Positions 22,692 to 37,227 of a stretch of 64,000 bases of DNA are shown here, piece by piece. Under the pieces are notes generated by a model that saw only the letters and a program-made list of their open reading frames with translations, ran no database searches and had not been told where the DNA came from. The position numbers and the translations under genes are program-made. The DNA is from an uncultured delta proteobacterium. Its GTDB lineage: Bacteria; Desulfobacterota; Desulfuromonadia; Desulfuromonadales; JACZKF01. The stretch covers positions 99,917-163,916 of the forward strand of contig CAWFKQ010000004.1 of the NCBI GenBank assembly GCA_963816395.1. Direction: 5' to 3'. How positions within the stretch are numbered: position 1 is the stretch's first letter; the number at the start of each line of letters is the position of its first letter.

Positions 22692-25085
22692 TCAGTCCAC
22701 CTTGATCTTCAGCAGGCGGCCCAGTTCCAGGAAACGCTCCAGGGTCTCGTCGGCCAGACGGGAGAGGGCCGGGCGGTAGAGGGCGAAATAGAGGTTCTGC
22801 GGCTGCCAGAGGTAGAGCTTCAGGGGGAGCCGCTGGCAGGCCTGGAGGAGCTCAACCAGGTAGTCGAGCAGCTCGCGGTTTTCCGGCGTCTCCTGCAACC
22901 TCTGCAGCATTTCGCTGATCTTCCGGCCGGCCAGCCGGCCGAGGCCGGGTTCGCTGGGCTCCACTCCCGCCTTGCGCATCTCTTCGGCCAGCCGACCGAT
23001 CTCTGCCGGCGCGGGGCGCTCTTCGGCCAGCAGGTGGCGCAACTGGGCGGTGAGGGCGGTCTCCATCGGCACCGCCAGCTGCGGCGGCACCGGCATGCGG
23101 ATCTCCTGGAGGAAACGGGCGAGGGCGAAATGCCGCTGGTAAATGGCTTGAAAAGTGTTCTCGATCTCCTCCAGGGTCAGCGCCATCACCTGCTCCATCA
23201 CCCGCCGCTGCTCATCCTTGAACAGGTGCCAGAGGGAGTAGTTGTGAGTCCCGAAATGCTGATCCATCAGGCGGATGACCTCGGGGATATCGCTGCCCTC
23301 GAGCGCCTCGCGCATTTCCCGCCGCATCGCCTCGTAAGCGTCTTCGCCCCGGCACTCGCGCACCCCGGCGTTCAGGTTCTGACCCCCCAGGTGCAGCACC
23401 GCATAGGAAAAGATCCCCTCCTGCCAGGTGATCTCGGAACGAATGCGGGTGCGGCCGGTCGCCAGCTGGATCAGGCCGGCATGCACCCGTTCGCTCGCCT
23501 CCTGCTCGGCCCGGTAGCAGTAGATCGTCTGCTGCTTGCCGCCATCGGCGAAGAGTGAGGCGATGGCATGGTGGGCGGCGACCCGGATCAGGTCGAGGCG
23601 AACCGGCTTGACCGCTGTCTCGTAGACGCGGGCGGCATTTTCCCAGCGGGGAAGGTTGCTGGGCGCCCGGGCCAGGCGGCGCAGAAATTCCTCCTCCAGA
23701 TCGGTGCCGGCGACCTTGCGGGCGAGCTGCAGGGCGCGGCCGGCATAGCAGAGGACCTGGGTCGTCTCGATCCCCGAGACTTCGTCGAAAAACCAGCCGC
23801 AGCTGGTGAACATGAGCATCGCTTGGCGCTGCATCTCCAGCAGGCGCAGGGCCCGCACCGCTTCCTCCGCCTGCAGGTCGCGACCGCTCTGGCGCCGGAG
23901 GAATTCGCGCACCCGAGGCGGCGAGCGGTCGAGGATCACCTCGATGTACGCATCCCGGGCCTGCCAGGGATTGCCGGCCAGCTTTCCCATCTCCTCCTCG
24001 TAGAGGGGGATCAGCCGGTCGCGCAGCCAGTCCAGCGCCTCCCGCAGCGGCTCCCGCCACCCCTGGGTCCAGCCGTTGCCGCCGAGTCGGCAGCCGCAGT
24101 CGGCGCGCCAGCGCTCCACCCCGTGGGCGCAGCTCCAACTGGTTTCTTCATAGATTTCCACCTCGTAGGCGGGGGGATGCTTTTTCAGAAACTCCCCATA
24201 GACGGTCAGTTTGGCCAATCCCTGCGCCTCGACGAAGCGCAGGCAGTAGGCGAGGGCCATGTCGCCGAAACGGTGGTGATGCCCGTAGGTTTCCCCGTCG
24301 GTGGCGATATGGACCAGCTGCGGGCGGTGCTCGTCGGCGGCGAAGGTGCCGACCAGGCGGTGGGCGAAGTTCTCCCCCCGCTTGAGCATGTCGGAGAAAG
24401 CCACCTCCTGCGCCACCGGCCCGTCATAGAAAAAAATGGCAATGCTGCGGCCGGAGGGCAGACGGCAGAGATAAGGATGCTTGGGATCGATCCGGCTGCC
24501 GCTGACGTCCTGCCATTTCTCCTTTTTCAGCGGTCGCACCCGGTGCGCCTGGGACGGGGCGAGGATGGTGAAGGCGATTCCCTGCTCGGCCAGCAGTTCC
24601 AGGGATTCCAGGTCGACCGCCGTCTCCGGCAGCCACATTCCTTCCGGCCGGCGGCCGAAGCGGTGGCGGAAATCGGCGATCCCCCACAGGACCTGGGTGC
24701 GCTTGTCGCGGCTGTTGGCCAGCGGCATGATCAGGTGGTTGTAGGCCTGGGCGATCGCCGAACCGTGGCCGGCGAAACGCTGCCGGCTCTGGCGGTCCGA
24801 ATCGAGCACGGCCCGGTAGGTCGCCGGATGGTGCTTCTCCATCCAGGAGAGGAGAGTGGGGCCGAAGTTGAAGCTGATCCGGCTGTAATTATTGACGATG
24901 TCGAGGATGCGTCCCTCGCCGTCCTGGACGCGGGAGGCGCCGTTCGGGGCGTAGCACTCGGCGGTGATGCGCTCATTCCAGTCGTGGTAGGGATAGGCGG
25001 AATCCTGCAGCTCGATATCCTCCAGCCAGGGATTTTCCCGGGGAGGCTGATAGAAGTGGCCATGAATGCAGAGGTAGCGTGGCAT
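22692..25085 (-). CDS. GH57-family glycoside hydrolase with DUF3536 domain
   Basis: CIHGHFYQPPRENPW, SFNFGPTLL, GMWLPETAVD, ATDGETYGHH, SWSCAHGVERW, MFTSCGWFFDE. Confidence 0.9.
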   Translation of the reverse strand: MPRYLCIHGHFYQPPRENPWLEDIELQDSAYPYHDWNERITAECYAPNGASRVQDGEGRILDIVNNYSRISFNFGPTLLSWMEKHHPATYRAVLDSDRQSRQRFAGHGSAIAQAYNHLIMPLANSRDKRTQVLWGIADFRHRFGRRPEGMWLPETAVDLESLELLAEQGIAFTILAPSQAHRVRPLKKEKWQDVSGSRIDPKHPYLCRLPSGRSIAIFFYDGPVAQEVAFSDMLKRGENFAHRLVGTFAADEHRPQLVHIATDGETYGHHHRFGDMALAYCLRFVEAQGLAKLTVYGEFLKKHPPAYEVEIYEETSWSCAHGVERWRADCGCRLGGNGWTQGWREPLREALDWLRDRLIPLYEEEMGKLAGNPWQARDAYIEVILDRSPPRVREFLRRQSGRDLQAEEAVRALRLLEMQRQAMLMFTSCGWFFDEVSGIETTQVLCYAGRALQLARKVAGTDLEEEFLRRLARAPSNLPRWENAARVYETAVKPVRLDLIRVAAHHAIASLFADGGKQQTIYCYRAEQEASERVHAGLIQLATGRTRIRSEITWQEGIFSYAVLHLGGQNLNAGVRECRGEDAYEAMRREMREALEGSDIPEVIRLMDQHFGTHNYSLWHLFKDEQRRVMEQVMALTLEEIENTFQAIYQRHFALARFLQEIRMPVPPQLAVPMETALTAQLRHLLAEERPAPAEIGRLAEEMRKAGVEPSEPGLGRLAGRKISEMLQRLQETPENRELLDYLVELLQACQRLPLKLYLWQPQNLYFALYRPALSRLADETLERFLELGRLLKIKVD

Positions 25086-25093
25086 GCCTGGTT

Positions 25094-26914
25094 TTACTCC
25101 TGGCGAAAGAGGGCGCAGCTGAGACCGGGAATGGTCAGGGGTGCTGTGGCGGCGGCGGTCTCCGGCAGGGTGCTGCCTGGGCCATCCCAGGCTGGATCGG
25201 CCGAATCGAGCAGCTTGCGCCAGCTCCCCTCGTTGGCGGGCAGCTTCAAGCTTATCGCCGAGGCATTGAAATTCAACAGGAGCAGCAACTGCGCGCCGTC
25301 GCACCAGCGCCGCAGCCAGACCGTCTGCTCCCCCTCCGGGGCGCCGGCTTCCCGGAGCTCGCCGGTGCCCAGGGCCGGGTTCTCCCGCCGCAGTTGCAGC
25401 AGGCGCTCATACCAGGCGAGCATGGCGCGGTGCCGCCCCTGCCGCCGCTGTTCCCAGTGCAGGCAGGAGCGGCGGAAGGTTTCCGGGTCGTGCGGGTCGG
25501 GGGGCTCGCCGCGCCATTTGAAGGCGGCGAACTCCTCTATCCGCCCCTGGTGCACCGCCTCGCGCAGCCCCTCGTCGAGGAAATCGGCGAAAAACTGGAA
25601 AGGCGCCTCCTCGGCATACTCTTCCCCCATGAAGAGCAAGGGGATATAGGGCGAGAGAATGACGGCGGCGGCGGCGACCTTGGCCGCCTCGAAGGAGGTC
25701 AGGGCGAGCAGGCGCTGGCCGAACATGCGGTTACCCACCTGGTCGTGATTCTGCGAACAGACGACGAACTGCCGGCCGGGGCGGTCGGCGGCGCTGCTGC
25801 CGCGCCGGTGCCCGCGGTAGACCGAATAGCGCCAGTCGTAGGCATACCCTTCCCGGTAGGCCTTTGCCAGGTCGGCGGGGCGGCCGAAATCGGCGTAATA
25901 GCCGGCGTCCTCGGCGGTCAGCAGGCTGTGCAGGGCATGGTGGAAGTCATCGCTCCAATGGGCGTCCAGCCCGAAGCCTCCCTGTTCGGGCGGGCGGATG
26001 AGGCGTACGTCGTTGAGGTCGTTTTCGGCCATCAGCAGGCAGCGCCGCCCCGCCGTGCGCTCCAGTTTGCGCACTTTTTCGGCCAGTTCCTGCAGAAAGG
26101 GTTTGGCGGAGAAATCGTAGATGCGATCGGTGGCATCCAGGCGCAGGGCGTCGAAGTGGTACTCGCGAAACCAGAAGAGGGCGTTCTCGATGAAGTAGTG
26201 GCGCACCTGGTCGCTGCCGGCGGCGTCCATGTTGACGGCGTCTCCCCAGGGGGTGCGGTAGCGGGAGGTGAAATAGGGACCGAATTCGCGCAGGTAGTTT
26301 CCCTCCGGCCCCATATGGTTGTAGACGACATCGAGGATGGCGGCCAGGCCGTGGCGATGACAGGCGTCGACCAGGCGCTTCAAGCCCTCCGGGCCGCCGT
26401 AGCTGTTCTGCGGGGCGAATGGGTGGACGCCGTCGTACCCCCAGCCGCGGGCGCCCGGAAACTGGCTGACCGGCATGATCTCGATGGCGGTGATCCCCAA
26501 CTCCCGTAATTCCGGCAGGCGGGGGATAATCGCCTCGAAAGTTCCCTCGGGAGTGAAGGTCCCGACGTGCAGCTCGTAGATGACGAAGCGCTCCAGAGGC
26601 AGCCCCGGCCAGTCCACATCCTGCCAGGGGAAGGCGCGGTGATCGACCACCGCCGAGGGCTTGTGCACCCCCTCCGGCTGGAAGTGGGAGGCGGGGTCGG
26701 GGCGCTCCTGCCCCTTGCCGACCAGGCGGTAGACGTAACGGCTGCCGGGGGGAACCGCCTCCGCCGTGACCCGCCAGTAACCGTCCTCCAGCCGTTGCAT
26801 CGGCAGCAGGCGCGCAGTGGGGGTGAGCAGGCGCAGCTCCATGCGTTCCTCCAGCGGCGCCCAGACGGTGAACTCGCAGCGATTCTCTTCCAGATAGTTG
26901 GCGCCGATGCGCAT
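25094..26914 (-). CDS. treZ: Malto-oligosyltrehalose trehalohydrolase
   Basis: FTVWAP, PDPASHFQPEGVH, YELHVGTFT, WGYDGV, DVVYNH, LRLDA, WSDDFHH, QNHDQVGNR, LFMGEEY. Confidence 0.95.
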   Translation of the reverse strand: MRIGANYLEENRCEFTVWAPLEERMELRLLTPTARLLPMQRLEDGYWRVTAEAVPPGSRYVYRLVGKGQERPDPASHFQPEGVHKPSAVVDHRAFPWQDVDWPGLPLERFVIYELHVGTFTPEGTFEAIIPRLPELRELGITAIEIMPVSQFPGARGWGYDGVHPFAPQNSYGGPEGLKRLVDACHRHGLAAILDVVYNHMGPEGNYLREFGPYFTSRYRTPWGDAVNMDAAGSDQVRHYFIENALFWFREYHFDALRLDATDRIYDFSAKPFLQELAEKVRKLERTAGRRCLLMAENDLNDVRLIRPPEQGGFGLDAHWSDDFHHALHSLLTAEDAGYYADFGRPADLAKAYREGYAYDWRYSVYRGHRRGSSAADRPGRQFVVCSQNHDQVGNRMFGQRLLALTSFEAAKVAAAAVILSPYIPLLFMGEEYAEEAPFQFFADFLDEGLREAVHQGRIEEFAAFKWRGEPPDPHDPETFRRSCLHWEQRRQGRHRAMLAWYERLLQLRRENPALGTGELREAGAPEGEQTVWLRRWCDGAQLLLLLNFNASAISLKLPANEGSWRKLLDSADPAWDGPGSTLPETAAATAPLTIPGLSCALFRQE

Positions 26915-26929
26915 AAAAACTCCATAGGT

Positions 26930-26998
26930 TCGCGGCTTGCGGCTGACGGCTGACGGTTGCGGTTTGCCGCGTCCCGCGCGCCGCATGCCGCGCGCCGG
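26930..26998. repeat. Degenerate heptamer run (GCTGACG / GCTTGCG-like) between treS and treZ
   Basis: cgcggcttgcggctgacggctgacggttgcgg...ccgcgcgccgcatgccgcgcgccg. Confidence 0.45.
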
Positions 26999-27001
26999 CT
27001 T

Positions 27002-30329
<3,328 letters not shown>

Positions 30330-30344
30330 TTCTCTTCCTTGCTT

Positions 30345-30445
30345 TTAACGCAAAGACGCAAAGGGCCGCAAAGAGCGCAAAGGAAATCTCGACCTTAAAT
30401 GTTTATCTTTGCGCCTTTCTTTCATCTTTGCGCCTTTGCGTTAGG
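30345..30445. repeat. CGCAAAG-type palindromic intergenic element
   Basis: aacgcaaagacgcaaagggccgcaaagagcgcaaag ... ctttgcgcctttc...ctttgcgcctttgcgtt. Confidence 0.7.
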
Positions 30446-30454
30446 TATTTGTCC

Positions 30455-32482
30455 CTACATGAAATAATCGAAATCCTGCTCCCGCCGCAGCCGCGGATAC
30501 AGGCGGAAGATGCGGGCCGGCATGGCCGGGGACGAGTTCCACCCGGTTCCAGTCGCCGTGCCAGATGTTGCGTTCGCCGGTGAGCAGGTCGTGCGCCAGG
30601 TAGGGCTGGCCGGGGACGATCCCCAGCTCCTCCAGCGGGACGCGGACGCGGCCCGGCCTGGGGATGGAAGGGGTCGAAGCTGACGACGGTCAGCAGGATG
30701 TTGTCGCGCTCTTCGGTCGCCTTCAGGCAGGCCAGGATGTTGTCGTTCTCGCTCTGGCAGAAGCGCGCGTTCCAGGTCGTCTGCAGGGCCGGGTTCTCCC
30801 GCCGCAGGCGGTTGACGGCGGCGATCAGGTCGCGCATCTGGCGCGGGTCGTCCCAGTCCCAGCAGCGCACCTCGTACTTCTCCGAATCGAGGTATTCTTC
30901 CTTGCCCGGCACCGCCTGGTTGAGGAACAGCTCGAAGGGCGGTCCGTAGATGCCGTAGCTGGCCGAGAGGGTGGCGGCCAGCACGAAGCGGATGATGAAC
31001 GCCGGCTTGCCGCCGTACTGCAGGAACTCCGGCAGGATGTCCGGGGTGTTCGGCCAGAAATTGGGGCGGAAGAACTCGCGCACCGGCGGCCGGATCAGCT
31101 CCTTCACGTACTGCTCCATCTCGGCGCGGGTGTTGCGCCAGGAGAAATAGGTGTAGGACTGACTGAAGCCGACCTTGGCCAGGCGGTACATGACCTTCGG
31201 CCGGGTGAACGCCTCGGACAGGAAGATGACCTCGGGGAAGTCGCGCTTGATGTCGTTGATGACCCACTCCCAGAAAGGAAAGGCCTTGGTGTGCGGATTA
31301 TCCACCCGGAAGATGCGGATGCCGCGGTCGATCCAGAAGCGGAAGATGTCGCCGAGCTCGCGCCACAGCCCCTGCCAGTCCGCCGATTCGAAATCGAAAG
31401 GGATGATGTCCTCGTATTTCTTCGGCGGGTTCTCGGCATACTGGACGGTGCCGTCCGGGCGCCAGCGGAACCAGCGGGGGAAATGGCGCACGTACGGATG
31501 GTCGGGGGAGGCCTGAAAGGCGATATCGAGCGCCACCTCGATGCCGTAGTTCCCCGGCGGCGGCGACGAAATGCTCGAAATCCTCCAGGGTGCCGAGCCC
31601 GGGGTGGACCTCCTTGTGGCCGCCCTCGGGGGCGCCGATCGCCCAGGGGCTTCCCGGGTCGCCCGGCGCCGCTTCGGTGCGGTTGTTCTTTCCCTTGCGG
31701 TGGGTCAGGCCGATCGGGTGAATAGGGGGGAAGTAGACGACGTCGAAACCCATGCGGGCAATCTCCGGCAGCAGCTTTTCGCACTCGCGGAAGGTGCCGT
31801 GGCCGTCCCCTTCCGGGCAGCAGGAGCGGGGGAAAAGTTCGTACCAGGCGCTGAACAGGGCTTTCTGCCGGTCGACCGTGACCGCCAGCTCTTTCCGGTA
31901 ATGGGTCACCACGGTCGGATCGTGGTGGATGGCCATCAGTTCCGTCAACTCCTCCTCGCCGGCGATCGCCAGGGCGGCGGCATCGTCCGGCGCCCGGCGC
32001 AGGCGCCCGGCATAATCCTCCAGACGCGCCCGGTCGTCATGGCCGGCGCGGCCGGCGGCTGTCTCGATGAGTTCGACACCGATCAGGCGGTCGACGGCGA
32101 GAAAGCGGCCGGCCTGGAATTTTTTCTCCAGGTCGGTGCGCCAGGTGGTGAAATGATCGATCCGGCCGGCCAGGGTGAAGAAGTAGGTGCCGAGCTGGTC
32201 GACGCCGAAAGCGGCTTCCCAGCGGTCATTGACCACCAGGCGCATCGGCGTCTTGTGCCACTGCTGTTCGCTCTGGTGGCGGTAAAGGAGGACGGCTGCC
32301 AGTTCGTCGTGGCCGTCGGCGAAGATGTCGGCCTGCACCACCACCGTTTCGCCGAGCACCCGCTTGCAGGGATAACGGCCGCCGTCGATCTCCGGCGCCA
32401 CCCCCTCGATCACCACCCGCCGCCTGCCATCCTCGGGGATTTCGGCGGCTGGGGCGGCCGCGGGCTCCGCTCTATCGGCCAT
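30455..32482 (-). CDS. glgE: Alpha-1,4-glucan:maltose-1-phosphate maltosyltransferase (indels)
   Basis: WYELFPRS, GFDVVYFPPIHPIG...RKGKNN, GSPWAIG, DIAFQASPDHP, YAENPPKKYEDI, FRVDNPHTK, FLSEAFTRP, NTPDIL. Confidence 0.94.
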
Positions 32483-32672
32483 CGGATTTCCTCCTTTTCA
32501 TTGATATTTCCCTTTTACTGCCTGGGGAAACTTTAGCAAGGAATGGGGTAGAGGCAAGTGATTTCGGGTTCAAAGCACCTCCTGGCGGTCTGCGGCGACT
32601 TGACGGAGGAGCTTTCATGTGGAGAAATTATCTGGATTCACCCCGTGGCCGCCCCATTAAAAACCGGATGTC

Positions 32673-32824
32673 AACGCGGAGGCGCGGAGACGCCGAGGAG
32701 ACTCAATAATCAGAATCAGGCAGATCTATTACAGGGATGCCGGGATTGAAGGGGATGATTCAATTCAAGTGCCGATATTTCAGTTATTGTCTTTCCTCCG
32801 TGCCTCCGCGCCTCCGCGTTAAAA
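32673..32824. repeat. CGCGGAG-type palindromic intergenic element
   Basis: aacgcggaggcgcggagacgccgag ... ctccgtgcctccgcgcctccgcgtt. Confidence 0.7.
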
Positions 32825-32891
32825 GATTTCCCCGGAGCCGACCGATGCCGATTGCGTCACGCCGCAGCCAGCCGGGCCGGGAAGCCGGCGC

Positions 32892-35569
32892 ATGAACCGG
32901 CCGCCCTTGCAGGAGAGAGTGTTCGGTGCTCTCTGGCGCCTGGTTTCCGGCTGGCCGCGCACCATCGTCGTGATCGCCGTCCTGCTGGCGGCGGCTTCCG
33001 CCGTGGCCGCCTGGCGCTATCTTCCCCTCAACAGCGACCAGGACAAGCTGATCTCCCCGGAACTTCCCGTTTCAGAAAACCAACCTGCAGATGCTGCAGA
33101 ATTTCGGCGACCAGGAGTACCTGTTCGTCGTCATTCACACCGGCGGGACCGAAGAGGGAAAGACGAAAGCGGTCCAGTACGCCAACAGTCTGGCCGGGCG
33201 CCTGGAACAGCACCCGGAGCTGATCAAGGCCATCTACTATCGCCTGTCGGCCGAAGACCTCGGCGGCGGCGTTCTGCTCTACCTGCCGCTGGAGGAAGCG
33301 CGGACGGTCGCCGCCAGCGTCAAATCGCTCGCGCCCTCCCTGGCCCGCTGGTACCACGACGGCAGCCTGGCCGGCTTTATCGACCTGACCGCCTCCCTGT
33401 TCACCGCCGGTTCCGGGGGCGGGGCACGGCACGGGCGGCAGGGCATTCCTCACCCCGGCGCTCGAGGGTCTGGAGAATCTGCTCGCCCGGACGGAGCAGG
33501 AGCTGGCGGGAAAACCTCCGGCCGGGGGGGCACTGTTCAACGTCTCTCTCGGCGGCATCCGCTACTTTTTCACCGAAAACGGCCTCTTTCTCCTCATGCG
33601 CATTCTGCCGGCGAAGGACTTCCGCTCCATGGACGTCATCGGCCGGCCGCTGGCCCTGGTGCGGCAGGCGATGGCCGCCACCGGCGCCGAATTCCCCGGG
33701 GTGACCGCCGGGCTGACCGGGCGGCCGGTTCTCCAGGCCGATGAAATGGAAACCACCAACCGCGACATGACCAAGGCTTCGGTGATCGCCGTGATCGTCA
33801 TCGCCCTGCTTTTCATCATCGTCCTGCACGGCTGGCGCCGACCGCTGATGGTGGTCGTTACCATGCTCCTGGCGATCGGCTGGACCTTCGGTTTCGCCAC
33901 CGTCGCGGTTGGCGAGCTGAACCTGCTCTCCATCGTCTTCACCCTGGTGCTGGTGGGGATCGGCGTGGATTTCGGGGTGCACCTGGTCAGCCGCGCCCTG
34001 GAAGCGGGACGCGGCGGCGATACGGTCGGCGAATCGGTCGAAACGGCCTTGCGCACCACCGGGCCGGGGATCACCCTCGGCTGCCTGACCTCGGTGTGCG
34101 CCTTCTATTCGGTACTCGGCTCCGATTTCGTCGGTCTGGCCGAACTCGGCCTGATCGGCGGCACCGGCATGCTCCTCTCCCTGCTGGCCACCCTGGTGGT
34201 GCTGCCGGCGCTGCTGCTGATCGTCATCCGCCGGCATCCGCCGGCCGGCCCGCGGGTGATCACCATGCATTTCCTGGAGCGGGTCACCGCCCGGCCGGCG
34301 CTCCTGCTGGTGCTGATGACGGTGGCCACCCTGGGGGCCGTGCCGGGGCTGTACGGCGATCACTTCGACTATAACCTGCTGAAGCTGCAGGCGCAGGGGC
34401 TGGAATCGGTGAAGTACGAGCGGCTGCTGATCAGTTCCACCAAGGAATCGACCTGGTACGCCATCATGGTCGCCGATTCCCTGGAGGAGGTCCGCCGCCG
34501 CCGGCTGCAGCTGCAGGTGCTGCCGTCGGTCGGGACGGTGGAGACGATTCTCGATTATCTGCCGGAGAACCAGACGGAAAAAATGGCCCTGTATGCCGGG
34601 GCCGCCCGCGCTCTCCAGGCGGTGCCGGCAAGGCCGGCCGCCGCCCCCCCGCCCCGGGCGGCGCCCCTGACCGCCGCCCTGGAGAAGCTGGACGACGCCC
34701 TCGCCGCCCTGCAGGAAAAACTCTTCGCCGCCGGCGCCGGCGAGGAGGTGGCGCAGGTGGAGAAGCTGCTTGGCCATATCGAGGGCGCCCTGGACCTCCT
34801 GGCCCGGGAGCCGTCCCGGGCGGCGGCTCTGACCGGCCTGCAGAAAGATCTGCGGCAGGAGGTGGATGCGCTGGTGCAACGGCTGCGGGTCTGGCTGACG
34901 GCGGGACCGCTCACCGCCGAGCATCTGCCGCCGGCCCTGCGCGACCTGTTCGTCGGCCGCGACGGCCGTTATCAGATCAAGATCACCCCGAGCGCCAATA
35001 TCTGGGATTTCGCCAAGCTGCAGACTTTCGTCGGCGCGCTGCGGCAGATCGATCCGCAGGTAAGCGGCACGCCGATCGCGGTGCTCGAATCGGCCCGGCT
35101 GATGCACCATGTCTTCCTTTACGCCGCCGCCCTGACCGTCGCCCTGGTCACTCTGCTGCTCTGGCTTTCTTCCCGTTCCCTGGTATACGTGGTGTTGGCG
35201 CTGCTGCCGCTGGGGGTGGGGATTCTCTGGCTGCTGGAGCTGATGGGCTTGCTGGGGATCAATTTCAACCTGGCGAATTTTTTCGCCATTCCGATTCTCA
35301 TCGCCATCGGGGTGGACGGCGGCGTGCATTTTCTCGCCCGCTGGCGGGAGATGGGGGGGCAGGGAAACCTGTTCGCCACCAGCACCCCGACAGCGGTGAC
35401 TCTCAGCTTCACTACCACCATGATCGGTTTCAGCGGCCTGCTGCTGGCGCATCACCAGGGTCTCGCCAGCCTCGGCGCGGTGATGGTGCTCGGTTCGCTG
35501 ACCTGCATGGTGGCGACACTGCTGGTGCTGCCGATGGTACTGAAGCTGCTCGGACACCGATGGAGGTAA
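32892..35569 (+). CDS. MMPL/RND lipid transporter, HpnN/BstA-like (indels in the N-terminal half)
   Basis: LPLNSDQDKLI, GLTGRPVLQADE, LVGIGVDFGVH, GLAELGLIGG, NLANFFAIPILIAIGVDGGVH; duplicated TM halves. Confidence 0.88.
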
Positions 35570-35571
35570 GG

Positions 35572-36396
35572 ATGTGCCGCTGGATCCGACGGACGATCAC
35601 CCTGGCGCTGCTGAGCGCGCTGCTCGCCGCCGCGCCGGCCATGGCGACCATGCACTTCGCCATTATCCAGCCGGGGCAGCCGGGGACGCCGGAGGAGGCG
35701 CGGCCGGTGGTAGACGCCCTCGCCCATTACCTGACGCAGAAGCTGGGGATCAACGTCGAGGGGGAATACGTCAACGATCCGCAGCAGGCGCTGAAACTGC
35801 TGGGCGGGCATCCGCCCCAGTGGGCGATCGTCAGTCTCCCCTTCTATGTCGCCCATGCCGAGCCGCTGCGGATGACGCCGATCGCCTCCTCCCGGCCTGG
35901 CGGCCGGAGCCAGGAGAGCTGGCGGCTGCTCACCGGTCGGGAAGGAGTCAAGGATTGGCAGGGGCTGACCGGTCGGGTGCTGGGGACGATGCTCTTCGAG
36001 CCCGATGCCGCCGCCTGCCTGCTGTTCGGCCGGCCGGCCGGTGAACTTCCCTTCACCCTCGAGGGGACCGCTGAGCCGCTGCGGGCGGTGCGCGCCGCCG
36101 CCCGGGGAAAAACCGCCGGGGTGGTCCTCGACCGTCCCGAGTATGAATCGATGCAGGCCTTTCCCACCGCCGGCAAGCTCCGGGAACTGAAGGCATCGGC
36201 CGATCTTCCCACCAGCCCGGTGGTCTGGCTGGGGCCGCCGGATGAGCGAAGCACGCGCCTGCAGGCGGTCCTGGTCGAAATGCAGCAGGACCCGGCGGCC
36301 GCCGACCTGCTGCAATCGCTGCAGACAGCCGGTTTCGCTCCGCCCGATCCTGCACTCTCTCACCTGCGGATGAACAATGGACGTTGTCCGGAATAA
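35572..36396 (+). CDS. Periplasmic substrate-binding protein, PhnD/SsuA-like fold (BstB-like)
   Basis: Signal peptide ending AMA; LAHYLTQKLGINV; C-terminal SADLPTSPVV...LLQSLQTAGFAP pattern of phosphonate-binding-like proteins. Confidence 0.6.
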   Translation: MCRWIRRTITLALLSALLAAAPAMATMHFAIIQPGQPGTPEEARPVVDALAHYLTQKLGINVEGEYVNDPQQALKLLGGHPPQWAIVSLPFYVAHAEPLRMTPIASSRPGGRSQESWRLLTGREGVKDWQGLTGRVLGTMLFEPDAAACLLFGRPAGELPFTLEGTAEPLRAVRAAARGKTAGVVLDRPEYESMQAFPTAGKLRELKASADLPTSPVVWLGPPDERSTRLQAVLVEMQQDPAAADLLQSLQTAGFAPPDPALSHLRMNNGRCPE

Positions 36397-37114
36397 ATCG
36401 ATGATTATCGCCCTGACCCTCCTCCTCGTCGCCTGCGCCCCGACCGTCCCGCCGCCCCCCTCGGCCGCCGGCCGGGTGGCGCCGACGGCGGCTGTCCCGG
36501 TCCCCGGCCCTTGCAGCCGGGCGCAGGCCGAAAGCTGGGCCGCGGCCGACGATGCGGCCAGCGTGCAGCAGGCGGCGGCCTGCTATGCCTGGCTGGCGCA
36601 GAGCGACCAGGAGCGGGAGAAGCAGCTGGCCGACGCGAAAAGAGGGCGGGAACTGGCGGAGAAGGCGCTGCGGCTGAAGCCCGAGAGCGGCCCGGCGCAC
36701 TACCTCAACGCCTACCTCGCCGGGCTGGAGGCGGAGCGGCAACCGCTGCACGGTCGGGCCCTGGTGCCGGTGATCGAGCGCGAGGCGCAGGCCGCCGCCG
36801 ATCTGAACCCGGATTTCGACCGCGGCGGCCCGGACCGCATGCTCGGCGAACTCTACCTGCGCGCCCCCGGCCCGCCGATCAGCATCGGCGACCCGGAGAA
36901 GGCGGTGGCCCATTACCGGCGGGCCGTGGAGGTGGCGCCCGAGAACACCGAGAACCGCCTGGGGCTGGCCGAAGCCCTGCTGGCCGATGACCAGGACAAG
37001 GCGGCCTGCGATCAGTTGCAGAACTATTTTCGCCAGGTACCGGCGCCGCCGGCGCAGGGGGAGGACTGGAAGAAGGCGGTGGAACTGCAGAAGCAGGTCT
37101 GCGAAGGGATCTGA
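36377..37114 (+). CDS. TPR lipoprotein, TRAP TatT/BstC-like
   Basis: Lipobox LLVAC; helical repeats; DFDRGGPDRMLGELYLRAPGPPISIGDPEKAVAHYRRAVEVAP. Confidence 0.65.
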   Translation: MDVVRNKSMIIALTLLLVACAPTVPPPPSAAGRVAPTAAVPVPGPCSRAQAESWAAADDAASVQQAAACYAWLAQSDQEREKQLADAKRGRELAEKALRLKPESGPAHYLNAYLAGLEAERQPLHGRALVPVIEREAQAAADLNPDFDRGGPDRMLGELYLRAPGPPISIGDPEKAVAHYRRAVEVAPENTENRLGLAEALLADDQDKAACDQLQNYFRQVPAPPAQGEDWKKAVELQKQVCEGI

Positions 37115-37152
37115 GCGGCCCGGCCCTGTCCCGCTTCGGAACGGAAATGAAA

Positions 37153-37181
37153 TTTACATGGCATCCCCTCCATGCTATAGA
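37153..37181 (+). promoter_or_regulatory. Putative sigma70 promoter for the 37228 gene
   Basis: TTTACA (37153-37158), 17 nt spacer, TGc-TATAGA extended -10 (hexamer 37176-37181). Confidence 0.45.
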
Positions 37182-37196
37182 GGGGATGCCTTTTTT
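37160..37196 (+). terminator. Intrinsic terminator after the MMPL-SBP-TPR operon
   Basis: Perfect 11-bp stem GGCATCCCCTC/GAGGGGATGCC, 9-nt loop, then T6. Confidence 0.8.
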
Positions 37197-37227
37197 GCCG
37201 TCGAGGCCCTTTATTCACAGGTGAAAC

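Noticed and set aside
20157..25649. Very long + strand ORFs (1133 aa, 693 aa) and similar antisense ORFs elsewhere
   Set aside because: Antisense shadows of high-GC genes (treY, GH57); no recognisable motifs.
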